Shown piece after piece: positions 1 to 10,465 of a DNA stretch of 64,000 nucleotides; the stretch's first letter is position 1, and each line of letters begins with the position of its first letter. Origin of the DNA: an uncultured Succinivibrio sp. (lineage in GTDB: Bacteria > Pseudomonadota > Gammaproteobacteria > Enterobacterales > Succinivibrionaceae); contig CAAECI010000094.1 of NCBI GenBank assembly GCA_900754255.1, forward strand, positions 365 to 64,364, written 5' to 3'. Below the pieces are notes generated by a model. The model made no database searches and had not been told where the DNA came from. It saw nothing but the letters and a program-made list of their open reading frames with translations. The translations under genes were made by a program, and so were the position numbers.

Positions 1-16
1 CTGAGCTATAGCCACC
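1..16 (-). tRNA. tRNA-His, 5' part only (truncated by window edge)
   Basis: Reverse complement of 1..20 reads GGTGGCTATAGCTCAG, the characteristic tRNA-His 5' end with the extra G-1. Confidence 0.55.
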
Positions 17-63
17 ACGGTAGAAATTTTAATCCACTCTTTATATCCTGTCCGGAGGCTGGA

Positions 64-140
64 TGGCGCGTCCTAAAGGAATCGAACCTTTGACCCACAG
101 CTTAGAAGGCTGTTGCTCTATCCAACTGAGCTAAGGACGC
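64..140 (-). tRNA. tRNA-Arg (anticodon TCT)
   Basis: Reverse complement folds as a cloverleaf: acceptor GCGTCCT/AGGACGC, D-arm GCTC..GAGC, anticodon loop CTTCTAA, T-arm AAAGG-TTCGATT-CCTTT, 3' CCA. Confidence 0.85.
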
Positions 141-145
141 TCAAG

Positions 146-222
146 TGGTCGGTGATATAGGATTTGAACCTACGACCCCCTCGTCCCGAACGAGATGCGC
201 TACCGGACTGCGCTAATCACCG
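146..222 (-). tRNA. tRNA-Pro (anticodon CGG)
   Basis: Reverse complement: acceptor CGGTGAT/ATCACCG, D-arm GCGC..GCGC, anticodon loop TTCGGGA, T-loop TTCAAAT, 3' ACCA. Confidence 0.85.
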
Positions 223-387
223 AGTGAATTAACGGAGCACATATTATCAAATTCATTTGTTTCGTCAAGCCTTATTTTCATCTTTTTTTTCATACCCTGC
301 CCTCTTTGTAACCAATAATCATCCTTTTAGCTCACTCCTGTGCGCTTTTGATAGAATACGCACGTTCCTTTTCGGGGGTATTTAAAA

Positions 388-1230
388 GTGTTTTTCGGTC
401 TTTCTCTAAACGAGTTGCTTATTTCCATCGGCGTTCTGGTACTTTGTGGTGTTTTTGCCGGTTTTCTGGCAGGACTCCTGGGTATCGGCGGAGGCGTGGT
501 ATTCGTCCCCTGTTTCTTCTTTATTTTTTCCTATTTCTTTCACGTTCCTGCCGATACTGCCATTTTGGTTGCAACCGGCACCTCGTTGCTGTGCATGATC
601 CCAACCTCCATTTCTGCGGCACGCTCACAATACAAGCGCGGAAATATGAATTTGGACATCATAAAAAACTGGTCCGTATCCATGCTCTGCGGCGTCGCCG
701 TCGGTACCGTGGTAGCAAAGTTCTACGGAGGCTCCTGGCTGGCCGTGCTTTTCGGCTCGGTTATGATCATCAACAGCTTAAACATGCTGTTACGCGCCAA
801 GGCCAAGCCTGCCTTCGATTCACTTCCTGGTCGCAATCCTCAGCGTGTAATTGCCTTTTGCATAGCCTGCTTCTCCTCCATGCTGGGAATAGGCGGCGGA
901 ACCTTGACCGTTCCGGTCTTGAATGCCTGCAACGTCAAGGCTCATACCTGCATAGGAACCTCGTCGGCAGTCTCGCTCTTCGTATGCGTGCCGGGAGCCC
1001 TGCTCATGATCTTCATGAACATTTCCGCAACTCCTGCGGATGCCCCCATCGGAACCTTGGGACTTGTAAACGTCCTTACCGCCGTATGCGTAGTTCCCAT
1101 CTCTATTTTATGTGCCCCGCTCGGTGTACGCTTTGGTAAAAGTATTTCTCCCATTACCTTAAAACGCATATTTGCGGTAGCCTTGTTCATAATAAGTGCC
1201 CGCATGCTGTATGAAGGGATCATAGGTTAA
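388..1230 (+). CDS. TauE/SafE (DUF81) family sulfite/anion exporter, membrane protein
   Basis: Polytopic hydrophobic protein with G-rich TM helices ([15 protein letters not shown]; [12 protein letters not shown]) typical of TauE/SafE. The 348..1139 ORF is an alternate frame. Confidence 0.75.
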   Translation: MFFGLSLNELLISIGVLVLCGVFAGFLAGLLGIGGGVVFVPCFFFIFSYFFHVPADTAILVATGTSLLCMIPTSISAARSQYKRGNMNLDIIKNWSVSMLCGVAVGTVVAKFYGGSWLAVLFGSVMIINSLNMLLRAKAKPAFDSLPGRNPQRVIAFCIACFSSMLGIGGGTLTVPVLNACNVKAHTCIGTSSAVSLFVCVPGALLMIFMNISATPADAPIGTLGLVNVLTAVCVVPISILCAPLGVRFGKSISPITLKRIFAVALFIISARMLYEGIIG

Positions 1231-1247
1231 CCTGTTACGGAGTTTTT

Positions 1248-2114
1248 ATGACTGCTCAACTTATTGACGGCAAGGGAATTGCCAAGGAACTGCGTGCTTC
1301 TTTAAGAAAAGAGGTAGACGATCTCGTAGCCGCCGGCAATCGTGCACCGGGACTGGCCGTGATCCTGGTAGGGGAGGATCCTGCATCTCAGGTATACGTG
1401 CGCAACAAGCATAATGCCTGCAAGGACGTAGGGATCAAGACCTTCTCGTACAATTTACCAGCATCGACCTCTCAGGAGGAGCTTTCGCAGTTGATAGCCA
1501 AGCTGAACGCCGATCCCGAGGTCGACGGAATTTTGGTGCAGTTCCCCCTGCCTGAAGGTCTTGATGAGTCTCAGGTAGTTGAGGAGATAAGTCCCGCCAA
1601 GGATGTGGACGGCTTCCATCCCTATAACGTGGGTCGTCTCGTGCAACGCATCCCCTACATCTGTGCCTGCACTCCGCACGGAGTTATGACCTTATTACAC
1701 AGAACCTTAGGCTCGGATCTCAAGGGCTTAAATGCCGTGATCGTCGGAGCCTCCAATATAGTAGGCCGCCCCATGGCACTTGAGCTGCTGCTTGCTGGCT
1801 GCACCGTCACCGTAACTCATCGCTTCAGCCGTCCCGAGGAGCAAAAGGCTCTTATCAAGGCTGCCGATATCGTGGTAGTTGCCGTAGGTAAGCCGCGCTT
1901 TTTGGACGGTTCCCTTATCAAGGACGGAGCCACCGTGATTGACGTAGGTATCAACCGCCTGCCCGACGGAAAATTGTGCGGAGACGTGGATTTCGATAAG
2001 GCTGCGGAGCATGCCGCCTTCATTACTCCGGTTCCGGGCGGAGTAGGTCCCATGACCGTGGCAACCCTGATGGAAAACACCGTCACCGCCTATAAGAGCC
2101 ATATTGCAAAATAA
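1248..2114 (+). CDS. folD: bifunctional methylenetetrahydrofolate dehydrogenase/cyclohydrolase FolD
   Basis: Near-colinear match to E. coli FolD (DGK.IA..., [46 protein letters not shown]). Confidence 0.95.
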   Translation: MTAQLIDGKGIAKELRASLRKEVDDLVAAGNRAPGLAVILVGEDPASQVYVRNKHNACKDVGIKTFSYNLPASTSQEELSQLIAKLNADPEVDGILVQFPLPEGLDESQVVEEISPAKDVDGFHPYNVGRLVQRIPYICACTPHGVMTLLHRTLGSDLKGLNAVIVGASNIVGRPMALELLLAGCTVTVTHRFSRPEEQKALIKAADIVVVAVGKPRFLDGSLIKDGATVIDVGINRLPDGKLCGDVDFDKAAEHAAFITPVPGGVGPMTVATLMENTVTAYKSHIAK

Positions 2115-2125
2115 CTTGGCTCCTG

Positions 2126-2156
2126 TAAAAACACCCGGACAAGCCGGGTGTTTTTT
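2126..2156. terminator. bidirectional rho-independent terminator between folD and fabV
   Basis: Hairpin CACCCGG-ACAAG-CCGGGTG flanked by A-run and T-run. Confidence 0.7.
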
Positions 2157-2187
2157 ACGCGCCGAAAGACGCTAAAATTCATTACAA

Positions 2188-3396
2188 TCAGCGCGGAGCC
2201 ACCATGTCGGTGAGATCTGCTATCTCCACGACGGGATTTTGATCAGCCTTGTAGTCGATGCCGTCGACATCAAAGCCGAACAGCTCAAGGAACTGACGCT
2301 TATAATCGTCATAGTCTCCAAGCTCACGCAGATTGGCCGTAGTGACCTCTCCCCAACGTCTCTTGGTCTCATTCTGAACTGCAGGATCTAGCTCCCAGCC
2401 GTCCATTCTTAGACGCCCCTCGGCATCGATCTCAGCCTTCTTACCGTACAGAGCATCCTCAAACAATCTGTAAATATGCGCAATTAAGGACTCATAGGTT
2501 CCCTTCTCACGCATGACCTTAAAGAGTAAGGCCGTATACAGAGCCATCATAGGAATGGCCGAGGAAGCCTGGGTTACCACGCATTTGAGCACGGTCACGC
2601 GCGCATCGCCCTTAACGCCGGCAAGACGCTCACGGTTGGCTTTGGCAGCACGATCGAGATCCTCCTTAGCCTTGCCCAAAGCTCCGCCCCAATAAATAGG
2701 ATGGGTAAGCTCCGCACCGATATAGGAGTAAGCTACGGTCTTAAAGCCCTCTGAGAGAACTCCGGCCTTTGACAGAGCTTCAATCCAAAGCTCCCAATCC
2801 TGACCTCCCATCACCTTTACGGTGTTGGCAATTTCCTCATCGGTGGCAGGATCAATGGAGGCCTCGATGATCTCATCCTTATTGGTATCAACCGCAGTTG
2901 CAGTATAGGTCTTACCTATGGGCTTCAATACGGAGCGTACCACCTCTCCGGTATCCGGCATCTTGCGGACGGGGGCAGCTAAGGAATAAACGAGGAGATC
3001 GATCTGACCCAAATCCTGTTTAATGATCTCTATGACCTTTTCGCGGCACTCGTTAGAGAAGGCGTCGGCATTGATGTTCTTGGCATACAGCCCCGCTTCC
3101 TTGGCAAATTTGGTAAAAGCGGCGGTATTGTACCAGCCTGCAGTTCCGGGACGCTTCTCGGTTCCGGCCTTTTCGAAGAACACGCCCAAGGTAGCGGCTC
3201 CGGAGCCGAAGGCGGCAGAAATACGTGAAGCCAGACCGTAGCCGGTGGAGGCGCCGATCACCAGCACCTTCTTCGGACCGTTTTCCATTTTCGGCTGTGA
3301 TTTTACAAATTCTATCTGGCTCTTTACGTTGGCCTCACATCCTGCAGGATGAGTGGTAACGCAAATAAAACCGCGAGTCTTCGGTTCGATGATCAT
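2188..3396 (-). CDS. fabV: trans-2-enoyl-ACP (CoA) reductase FabV
   Basis: Starts [24 protein letters not shown], matching the FabV N-terminus. Start set at the internal ATG (3396) preceded by AGGAGC; the ORF-track start at 3513 is an upstream extension. Confidence 0.9.
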   Translation of the reverse strand: MIIEPKTRGFICVTTHPAGCEANVKSQIEFVKSQPKMENGPKKVLVIGASTGYGLASRISAAFGSGAATLGVFFEKAGTEKRPGTAGWYNTAAFTKFAKEAGLYAKNINADAFSNECREKVIEIIKQDLGQIDLLVYSLAAPVRKMPDTGEVVRSVLKPIGKTYTATAVDTNKDEIIEASIDPATDEEIANTVKVMGGQDWELWIEALSKAGVLSEGFKTVAYSYIGAELTHPIYWGGALGKAKEDLDRAAKANRERLAGVKGDARVTVLKCVVTQASSAIPMMALYTALLFKVMREKGTYESLIAHIYRLFEDALYGKKAEIDAEGRLRMDGWELDPAVQNETKRRWGEVTTANLRELGDYDDYKRQFLELFGFDVDGIDYKADQNPVVEIADLTDMVAPR

Positions 3397-3578
3397 ATAA
3401 ATGCTCCTAAATAACATCCGCCTTGAATGCGGATCTGTTGAGGGCATTTTAACACATAGCCCGCACTGCACCCGAAAAGCTACATCCTGTGAAGATTTGC
3501 AACCCCTCCTCATATATTTTGTGCGTTATAATTCCAACACTTTTTTCATTTTGTTATGAGTAATATCAGATCCGCTGC

Positions 3579-5087
3579 ATGCGGCAACATTCTTTTTTCA
3601 GTATGAAATCCTTTTTTAAAAACGCTTTTTTATCTCTGCTTTTATCATCATCAACAGTTCTTGCCGTTCCCTCATCATCGCTTCCCGTACAGGGCACCAA
3701 TATGGGTATTGCCTACAGGCTCCCTGGCGGCAACGATATCTACGGCCAAAATTACGATGTATACATGCATCCGGCATCCACGCAAAAGATCCTTACGGCC
3801 TTGGCCGCTTACCTGTATCTGGGACATGACTACAAAATTCGTACCTCGCTTTTGTTAAATCGCAATGTCTTTGATCAAAACGGCAAATTACGCTTAAGCG
3901 CCGACGGTACCTTAAACGGAAATATAGTCATACGTTTCTCAGGAGATCCCACCTTAACCTCCGACAAATATCAAAAGTTGCTAGGTATGCTGAAAAAGGA
4001 GGGGGTCAAAAGGATAGCCGGTCGTGTCATCCTGGATATGAGTCGCTTCGGCGGTCGCAGCCGTGCCAAGGGCTGGTCCTGGGATGATCTGCCCGTATGC
4101 TTCACCGCCCCGGCCGCTGCTGCCATCATCAATCGTAACTGCGCCTTTGCCCAGCTTCAGCCTCATGGAAAAGGAGCTTTGGCAACCGCTGTCATTTCCG
4201 CAGGATCACCCGTCACCATCAGCTCGGATGCCGTGGGTATTCCCGCTTCTCAATACGGAGGAAACTGCGAGCTTGAGGCCAATCTTTATCTGGACAACGC
4301 TTACCATATCACCGGCTGCGTACCCATTCAGAAGGATAACAAGCCATGGCCCTTGTCCCTGTCGGTATCCGATCCTGACAAATGGGGTGAGGATTGGACG
4401 GCCCTGCTACTTAAAAAAATGGGTATAAGCTACGATTCAATCGTAATAAGTCACAACACGGTATCAGGCTATGCCGATTATGGGTATTTGGACTCCGCGC
4501 CCCTAAAGGATCTCGTGCGCTACATGCTGTATCGCTCAAACAATCTCTATGCCGATGCCATATTGAAAAACGTCGGAGCCGAATATTACAAGGAGCCTGC
4601 TACCTACTACCGCGCCGTTACCGCCATGCGCTCCATACTCCAAAAAAATGCGGGGCTTAAGCTTGAGGAATCCTATCAGGTCGACGGCTCTGGACTGTCT
4701 CCGCACAATCTCATCACCCCGGCCCAATTGCTAAGAGTACTGCAATACATCATCGACAACGACGATAAACTTAAGCTACTTGAGGATATGCCCTTGGCCG
4801 CCAAAACCGGAACGCTGAAATGGCGCGGCTCGGTACATGAGGCCCCGCTTGCAAACAACGTGATCGCCAAAACCGGAACCCTCACCAATATTTCTAATTT
4901 GGCAGGAGTAATCACCACAAAATCCGGAAAACGCGTACCCTTCGTATTCTTTACCAACGGTATTTCCCTGCCTCAGCGTCAGCGCGAGGCCGTAATGTAT
5001 CACCGCATGGCCTCCCCGACCTTAGGCTACGAGCGCTACGTGCTGGAGGAAATCTACAACGAAAAGGTAATGGGCCGAGATTTTTAG
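3579..5087 (+). CDS. dacB: D-alanyl-D-alanine carboxypeptidase/endopeptidase (PBP4 family)
   Basis: Signal peptide; SxxK-like YMHPASTQKILTA; later SGLS, KTGTL motifs typical of PBP4/DacB. Confidence 0.8.
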   Translation: MRQHSFFSMKSFFKNAFLSLLLSSSTVLAVPSSSLPVQGTNMGIAYRLPGGNDIYGQNYDVYMHPASTQKILTALAAYLYLGHDYKIRTSLLLNRNVFDQNGKLRLSADGTLNGNIVIRFSGDPTLTSDKYQKLLGMLKKEGVKRIAGRVILDMSRFGGRSRAKGWSWDDLPVCFTAPAAAAIINRNCAFAQLQPHGKGALATAVISAGSPVTISSDAVGIPASQYGGNCELEANLYLDNAYHITGCVPIQKDNKPWPLSLSVSDPDKWGEDWTALLLKKMGISYDSIVISHNTVSGYADYGYLDSAPLKDLVRYMLYRSNNLYADAILKNVGAEYYKEPATYYRAVTAMRSILQKNAGLKLEESYQVDGSGLSPHNLITPAQLLRVLQYIIDNDDKLKLLEDMPLAAKTGTLKWRGSVHEAPLANNVIAKTGTLTNISNLAGVITTKSGKRVPFVFFTNGISLPQRQREAVMYHRMASPTLGYERYVLEEIYNEKVMGRDF

Positions 5088-5105
5088 CACATAGGTTTTG
5101 ACAAG

Positions 5106-5146
5106 ATACTCCGCACCTCATTAAGGTTGCGGAGTATTGCTTTTCT
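5106..5146 (+). terminator. rho-independent terminator after dacB
   Basis: 10-bp stem ATACTCCGCA/TGCGGAGTAT followed by TGCTTTTCT. Confidence 0.7.
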
Positions 5147-5300
5147 ACCATGCCGGATCCCCACACCTCCAAGCTTTTCCCCTACGTAAACGCATAAAAA
5201 AAAATGAATCCATTTTCACGGATCCATCTTCCTAGATCTGAAATCATAAATCCGCCCTCAAGCTCCTTTAGAACAAAGCCGAAGACGGACGAGGCCTATG

Positions 5301-6512
5301 TTACTGCCTGTAATTTTTAAGGAAATGCTCGAGACGATCGCAGGCATCATTGATGATGTCCACGGACGGCAGGAATACCACACGGAAGTGGTTGGGCTCG
5401 GGCCAATTAAAGCCGGTACCCTGCACTATAAGCAACTTTTCCTGCTTTAACAGATCCATTGCAAACTTCTGATCATCCTTAATATTAAAGCGGCTGTCGA
5501 GCTTGGGGAACATGTACAGAGCACCGTGAGGCTTCACCACGCTGACGCCTGGGATGGCATTCAAACGGTTGTACATGGCATCACGCTGCAGATAAAGTCT
5601 GCCACCAGGAATAATAAGTTCATTGATGCTCTGATAGCCGCCGAGTGCGGTTTGAATGGCATATTGCAGAGGAACGTTGGCACAAAGACGCATCGCCATC
5701 ATCATCTTCAGGCCGTCCAGGAAGCCTTTATTGCGCTTGGCATTGCCGGTCACCATCACCCAGCCCATGCGGAAGCCGCAGGAGCGATAGACCTTGGACA
5801 GACCGTTATAGGTAAGCACGGTGATGTCATCAGCCAAGGTAGCAATGGAACGGTGAGCCACATCATCGTAGAGGATCTTGTCGTAGATTTCATCGGCCAG
5901 GATCACCAGATCATGCTTGCGGGCAAACTCCACTATCTCCTGCAGAACAGGAGTTGGATATACGGCACCGGTAGGATTGTTGGGATTGATGAGTACCAAG
6001 GCTACGGTACGTGAGGAGATCTTCTTCTCCATATCCGCAAGATCGGGATACCATCCTGACTGCTCATCACAGATATAGTGAACGGCTTTACCGCCGGCCA
6101 GATTCACGCCGGCCGTCCAAAGCGGATAGTCGGGAGCGGGTACCAGCACCTCATCCCCGTTGTTAAGCAATGCATTCATAGTCATGGTGATGAGCTCGGA
6201 CACGCCGTTGCCGATAAAAATATCGTCGACGTCCACATGCTTCATTCCCGCCTGCTGGTACTTCTGGGCAATGGCTTTACGGGCTGAAAAAATGCCGTTG
6301 CTCTCGCAATAACCGCACGCATTGGGAAGATTTCTGATCACATCCTTGACAACTTCTTCGGGCGCGTCAAAACCAAAAACCGCGGTGTTGCCAATGTTGA
6401 GCTTCAGAATTCTTTCGCCGGCCTCCTCCATTCTCAGAGCCTCCTGATGGATCCGGCCTCTTATGTCATAGCAGACATTGTCCAATTTATGTGATTTTTG
6501 TAAAAGCTTCAT
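5301..6512 (-). CDS. alaA: glutamate-pyruvate (alanine) aminotransferase AlaA
   Basis: Colinear with E. coli AlaA (KLxNVCYDIRG, NIGN..FGFDAP, SKxYRxxGFRxGW, ANVPxQxAIQTALGGYQSI). Confidence 0.9.
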   Translation of the reverse strand: MKLLQKSHKLDNVCYDIRGRIHQEALRMEEAGERILKLNIGNTAVFGFDAPEEVVKDVIRNLPNACGYCESNGIFSARKAIAQKYQQAGMKHVDVDDIFIGNGVSELITMTMNALLNNGDEVLVPAPDYPLWTAGVNLAGGKAVHYICDEQSGWYPDLADMEKKISSRTVALVLINPNNPTGAVYPTPVLQEIVEFARKHDLVILADEIYDKILYDDVAHRSIATLADDITVLTYNGLSKVYRSCGFRMGWVMVTGNAKRNKGFLDGLKMMMAMRLCANVPLQYAIQTALGGYQSINELIIPGGRLYLQRDAMYNRLNAIPGVSVVKPHGALYMFPKLDSRFNIKDDQKFAMDLLKQEKLLIVQGTGFNWPEPNHFRVVFLPSVDIINDACDRLEHFLKNYRQ

Positions 6513-6769
6513 ATTTAAATACCCGTTTTGATTTTGGTTTTAGGAAATTTGATATTAGCACTTTCAGCCCCCAAGATCGCAAACTGAAAATGAGCCCGTA
6601 ACTAAAAACGGACGCTGCTGCCCCCAAAAACCGAATTTCTCCGCGCAGCTGCTTATTTAAAAACCCGCTGACTTTTTTTGAACACCGGCTGTCGTCACTT
6701 TAAAAAAGAGGGCCTTTTCCAAGAAAATTTGATATTTTCTGATATTCTGTGCGCATTGAGAACACGATC

Positions 6770-7252
6770 ATGAGCTCACGAAACATATATTTTCTCACCG
6801 ACGATCACGGAAATAAAACCCATGCGGTAATGCCCATAGCTACCTATAATGCTTTGATGGGGCTTGCGGATCTGGTAAAAAACACCTCACGCATAGGGCG
6901 ACACGAAATTTACGTGCTTAAAATAAAAAACGTAATTGCCCGCGGCTACCCGGACGGACCGCGCAAGCGTCCCGCGTTCGTACTGATCAAGGACTCACAG
7001 GCCGTGCTTGAGGGAGCAGATTCTCTGCCTCAGCATGTTAAGGAGCTGCGTGAAAAATTATTGGATGAAGGGAAGCTGAGACTCGATCCTGAAAACGAAT
7101 GCTTTACGCTGACACAGGATCTGCGTTTAAAAAGCAGCTCGCTTGCTGCCGCCATAGTTTCCGGAAACGTACGTAACGGACTTGACGTATGGATGAACCG
7201 CGAGGGCTTTTCGCTTAAGGAATCGGGTTACGGTCATAGCGGAAAGAGCTGA
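6770..7252 (+). CDS. hypothetical protein
   Basis: Uninterrupted ORF with plausible codon usage. No recognisable motif. ATG start at 6770 preferred over GTG at 6749. Confidence 0.45.
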   Translation: MSSRNIYFLTDDHGNKTHAVMPIATYNALMGLADLVKNTSRIGRHEIYVLKIKNVIARGYPDGPRKRPAFVLIKDSQAVLEGADSLPQHVKELREKLLDEGKLRLDPENECFTLTQDLRLKSSSLAAAIVSGNVRNGLDVWMNREGFSLKESGYGHSGKS

Positions 7253-7330
7253 TCTGCGTTATTAGGGCTCACCTTTTAGACATGGATCGACTAAGAACAG
7301 GCTTATTTAAAACAGGGTTAACTTTAATTT

Positions 7331-8737
7331 ATGGAAAATACAAAGCGCGCAAACTATAAAAGCGAGCGTAAGGGCTCGGAACACGACGGCCGCCAGCGCC
7401 GCAGCAATCACACACCCTACGGACGCAGGAGCGACGGTCCCATGCGTGATCGCAGACACGATCGCAACAAGGCAAAGCGTGAGGAAAGCATGTTCAGATC
7501 GCCCGAGCAGCACGAGGAGCATGTAAGACGCAAGGGCTTCTCGGCTTTCCAGCAGCGCTTGGTTTTATCCATACTTAAGGACGTGCTGGAAAACCATAAA
7601 TCGCTGGATCGCGCCTATGCGCTGTGGTTTTCCAAGGTCAAGCTTGAGAGCGTTGAGCAGGGCTTTCTGATCCGTCAGATCAACGCCATGTTCAACCGCC
7701 TGTCCTATTATGCCTTTGTCTCGGGCTTAAAGCGGCCCTCAGATTTTGAGCGCCACGCCTCGCGCCTGCTTTTCTCCTTCTGTGCCGATCATGATTGGCC
7801 TCTGCCCGAGCTTGAGGGAGAGGAAGGCTTCGATCGCCGCAGCATGAAAAAACGTATGGGAGAGGGACGCAACAATCCGCTCATGAATCAGGGTTGTCCC
7901 GTATGGCTCAATGAAATGGGTGAAAAGGAGCTTAAGGACAGGTGGGAAAACGAGAGAAAGGCTCTGGGCGAACCGGCTCGTCGTTTCATTCGCGCCAACA
8001 CCTTAAAAACGACACGCGACGAATTGGCCCGCGAGCTGTCCCAGGAGGGTACCGTCACCCGTCAGGTAGGCGGATCGCAGGTAGCCCTTGAGGTCACCTC
8101 CAACTCGGCTCTGTTTCGCACGCAGGCCTTCCGTGACGGCAAATTCGAGCAGCAGGATGCGGGCTCCCAAAAGATCTCCGAATTTTTAGCCCCCGCCCCA
8201 GGTGAGCGCGTCGTCGACGCCTGTGCCGGAGCCGGCGGAAAGACTCTGCATCTTGCGGCACTGATGGAGGGCAAGGGACAGATCATTGCCATGGACACGG
8301 AGGAATGGAAGCTTGAGGATCTGAAAAAGCGCGCCCGTCGCGCCGGAGCCTTCAATATTGAAACCCGACTTATCACCTCCACCAAGATCATAAAGCGTCT
8401 TTACGATGCCGCCGATAAGGTGCTTATAGATGCTCCATGCTCGGGAACAGGCGTCGTACGCCGCATGCCGGACTCCAAGTGGCGTGACGGACGTGAAAAG
8501 TTGCGCGAGCTGCTCTATACCCAGGAAGATATTCTCGAGCGTTATGCTCCTATGGTCAGACCGGGCGGTTTTGTCGTCTACTCGACCTGCTCCATCATGC
8601 CATCTGAAAATGAAAAGCAAATCGAAAAGTTTGTAGCCAAGCATCCTGAGGAATACCGTCTCGTCGAGGCCAAACACATCATGCCCTCCGACGGTACCGA
8701 CGGCTTCTATATGGCAAAGCTTGAAAGGATCAAGTGA
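7331..8737 (+). CDS. RsmB/NOL1/NOP2/Sun-family rRNA (cytosine-C5)-methyltransferase with basic N-terminal tail
   Basis: C-terminal SAM-MTase motifs (DACAGAGGKT, DAPCSGTGV, YSTCS). NusB-like central region. 60-aa R/K/E-rich N-terminus. Confidence 0.8.
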   Translation: MENTKRANYKSERKGSEHDGRQRRSNHTPYGRRSDGPMRDRRHDRNKAKREESMFRSPEQHEEHVRRKGFSAFQQRLVLSILKDVLENHKSLDRAYALWFSKVKLESVEQGFLIRQINAMFNRLSYYAFVSGLKRPSDFERHASRLLFSFCADHDWPLPELEGEEGFDRRSMKKRMGEGRNNPLMNQGCPVWLNEMGEKELKDRWENERKALGEPARRFIRANTLKTTRDELARELSQEGTVTRQVGGSQVALEVTSNSALFRTQAFRDGKFEQQDAGSQKISEFLAPAPGERVVDACAGAGGKTLHLAALMEGKGQIIAMDTEEWKLEDLKKRARRAGAFNIETRLITSTKIIKRLYDAADKVLIDAPCSGTGVVRRMPDSKWRDGREKLRELLYTQEDILERYAPMVRPGGFVVYSTCSIMPSENEKQIEKFVAKHPEEYRLVEAKHIMPSDGTDGFYMAKLERIK

Positions 8738-8912
8738 TCACAATCCTTCGGCATATGCCCGCGCACAAAGCGCGGGCATCTTCTTTAAAGAATCGTCGTC
8801 TTTGCTAAAATATTCCATATTGTCATGTATCCTGCTTTATTGTTTGACGACAGCAGATCAGTAGACAGTCAACGGCGATCCCTATTTTCCCCAAAAAATA
8901 TTTACATCAGGT

Positions 8913-9527
8913 ATGAACGACAACGATTTTGCATCTTTGCTTGCTCAATCAGAAAATGAACATGGTGACGATCTGACCTTTGCAGAGGCAGCAGGGCCCG
9001 TCAAACGCATGAAGCAGGACAAGATAGAAAAAAACACCCCGCTCTTGGACAAGAATACCGCCAAGTTGCGTCAGGAGGCGGCCGTTAAATTACCCGAAAA
9101 GCTCACCGAAAGCGCATCCTCAGCCTTCGTACACATGGTAGGTCCTCAGGAGGTGCTGGAGTTTAGGCGTCCCGGTATTCAACCCTATATCATTCGCAAA
9201 CTGAAAAACGGCGAATACAGCGAAGCCGATTTTATAGATTTGCACGGTCTGACCGTGGAAAAGGCCTACGAAAGAGTCATGCGCTTCATAGCTTTTGCCA
9301 AAGAAAAGGAATACCGCTGCATACTCATCATCCACGGCAAAGGACAGATGCAAAAGCAAAAGGCGCTCATCAAAAGCTTTACAGCCCATTGGCTACGCCA
9401 GATCCCCGAGGTCTTGGCCTTTCACTCCGCTCCGGAATGGAAAGGCGGCACTGGTGCCGTAATGATAGTGATGAAAAAAGGTGACAAGGCCTCGGCCCTA
9501 AATCGAGAAATTCACTCACGTCGTTAA
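8913..9527 (+). CDS. smrB: Smr-domain protein (SmrB-like)
   Basis: C-terminal Smr domain (IDLHGLTVEKA..., IIHGKGQ, AFHSAPEWKGGTGA) resembling E. coli SmrB/YfcN. Confidence 0.7.
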   Translation: MNDNDFASLLAQSENEHGDDLTFAEAAGPVKRMKQDKIEKNTPLLDKNTAKLRQEAAVKLPEKLTESASSAFVHMVGPQEVLEFRRPGIQPYIIRKLKNGEYSEADFIDLHGLTVEKAYERVMRFIAFAKEKEYRCILIIHGKGQMQKQKALIKSFTAHWLRQIPEVLAFHSAPEWKGGTGAVMIVMKKGDKASALNREIHSRR

Positions 9528-9599
9528 CTTGATATAGTTTTAATTAGAGCATATATTTAACAAAACTATTCACTTTAGCTATATATTAGAGTACAGAGC

Positions 9600-10445
9600 A
9601 TGCAAACAATTTCTCACGAAAGCTTTGAGGGCGAGCGTCCCCTTTTCGGCAGGAAGGATCTTAAGCTTGATCATGTGATCATACTTCCAGGAGAATCGGC
9701 ACTTAAGGAAACCTCAAACATCGAGGCCGTAAACTGCGAATTCAACGGCAAATACCCTTTTTGGCATACCCACGGCTTTACCGTTACGGACTGCCTGTTT
9801 CGCGAGGGCGCACGTGCCGCCTTATGGTACTCCGATCATCTGATCATGACCGATACTCTGGTGTTGGCCCCCAAAATGTTCCGCGAAATGCACGATCTTA
9901 AGCTTGAGCGTGTACGCATTCCCCATGCCGGGGAAACTCTTTGGTATTGTCACGGCATCAAGTTTAAAGATTGCCGTGCCGATGAGGCCGACTATATATT
10001 CTTAGGCTCAAGCGATATCGAGCTTGAGAAGGTCACTATAAACGGCAACTATTCCTTCCAGAAAACCCACAACGTCATGATCTCGAACTGTGTTTTAAAC
10101 TGTAAGGACGCCTTTTGGGAGTCGGAAAACGTCACCGTTTGCAACAGCATCATCAACGGTGAATATTTAGGCTGGCACTCCAAGGGACTTAAGCTTATTA
10201 ACTGTCACATCAGCGGAACACAACCGCTCTGCTATGCCGAGGATCTTATCCTTGAGAACTGCAGCTTCGACAAGGATGCCGATCTGGCCTTTGAATACAG
10301 CTCCGTACACGCTTCAATCAAGGGTTTCATAAGCTCCGTAAAAAATCCGCTTTCAGGTCACATCACGGCCGCAGGCTACGGAGAAATCATACTGGATGAA
10401 AACCTTAAGGCCCCGGGCGACTGCCTCATCGATACCGCCCTTTGA
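9600..10445 (+). CDS. DUF3737-family (beta-helix-like) protein
   Basis: Repetitive C/N-rich segments, FWHTHGFTVTDC. Family recalled from memory and cannot be verified here. Confidence 0.5.
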   Translation: MQTISHESFEGERPLFGRKDLKLDHVIILPGESALKETSNIEAVNCEFNGKYPFWHTHGFTVTDCLFREGARAALWYSDHLIMTDTLVLAPKMFREMHDLKLERVRIPHAGETLWYCHGIKFKDCRADEADYIFLGSSDIELEKVTINGNYSFQKTHNVMISNCVLNCKDAFWESENVTVCNSIINGEYLGWHSKGLKLINCHISGTQPLCYAEDLILENCSFDKDADLAFEYSSVHASIKGFISSVKNPLSGHITAAGYGEIILDENLKAPGDCLIDTAL

Positions 10446-10465
10446 TTGCCAATTAGGAAAAAAAC

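Noticed and set aside
348-1139. 263-aa ORF overlapping the TauE/SafE gene in another frame
   Set aside because: Arg-rich, low-complexity translation of the alternate frame. The hydrophobic 388..1230 frame is the real gene.
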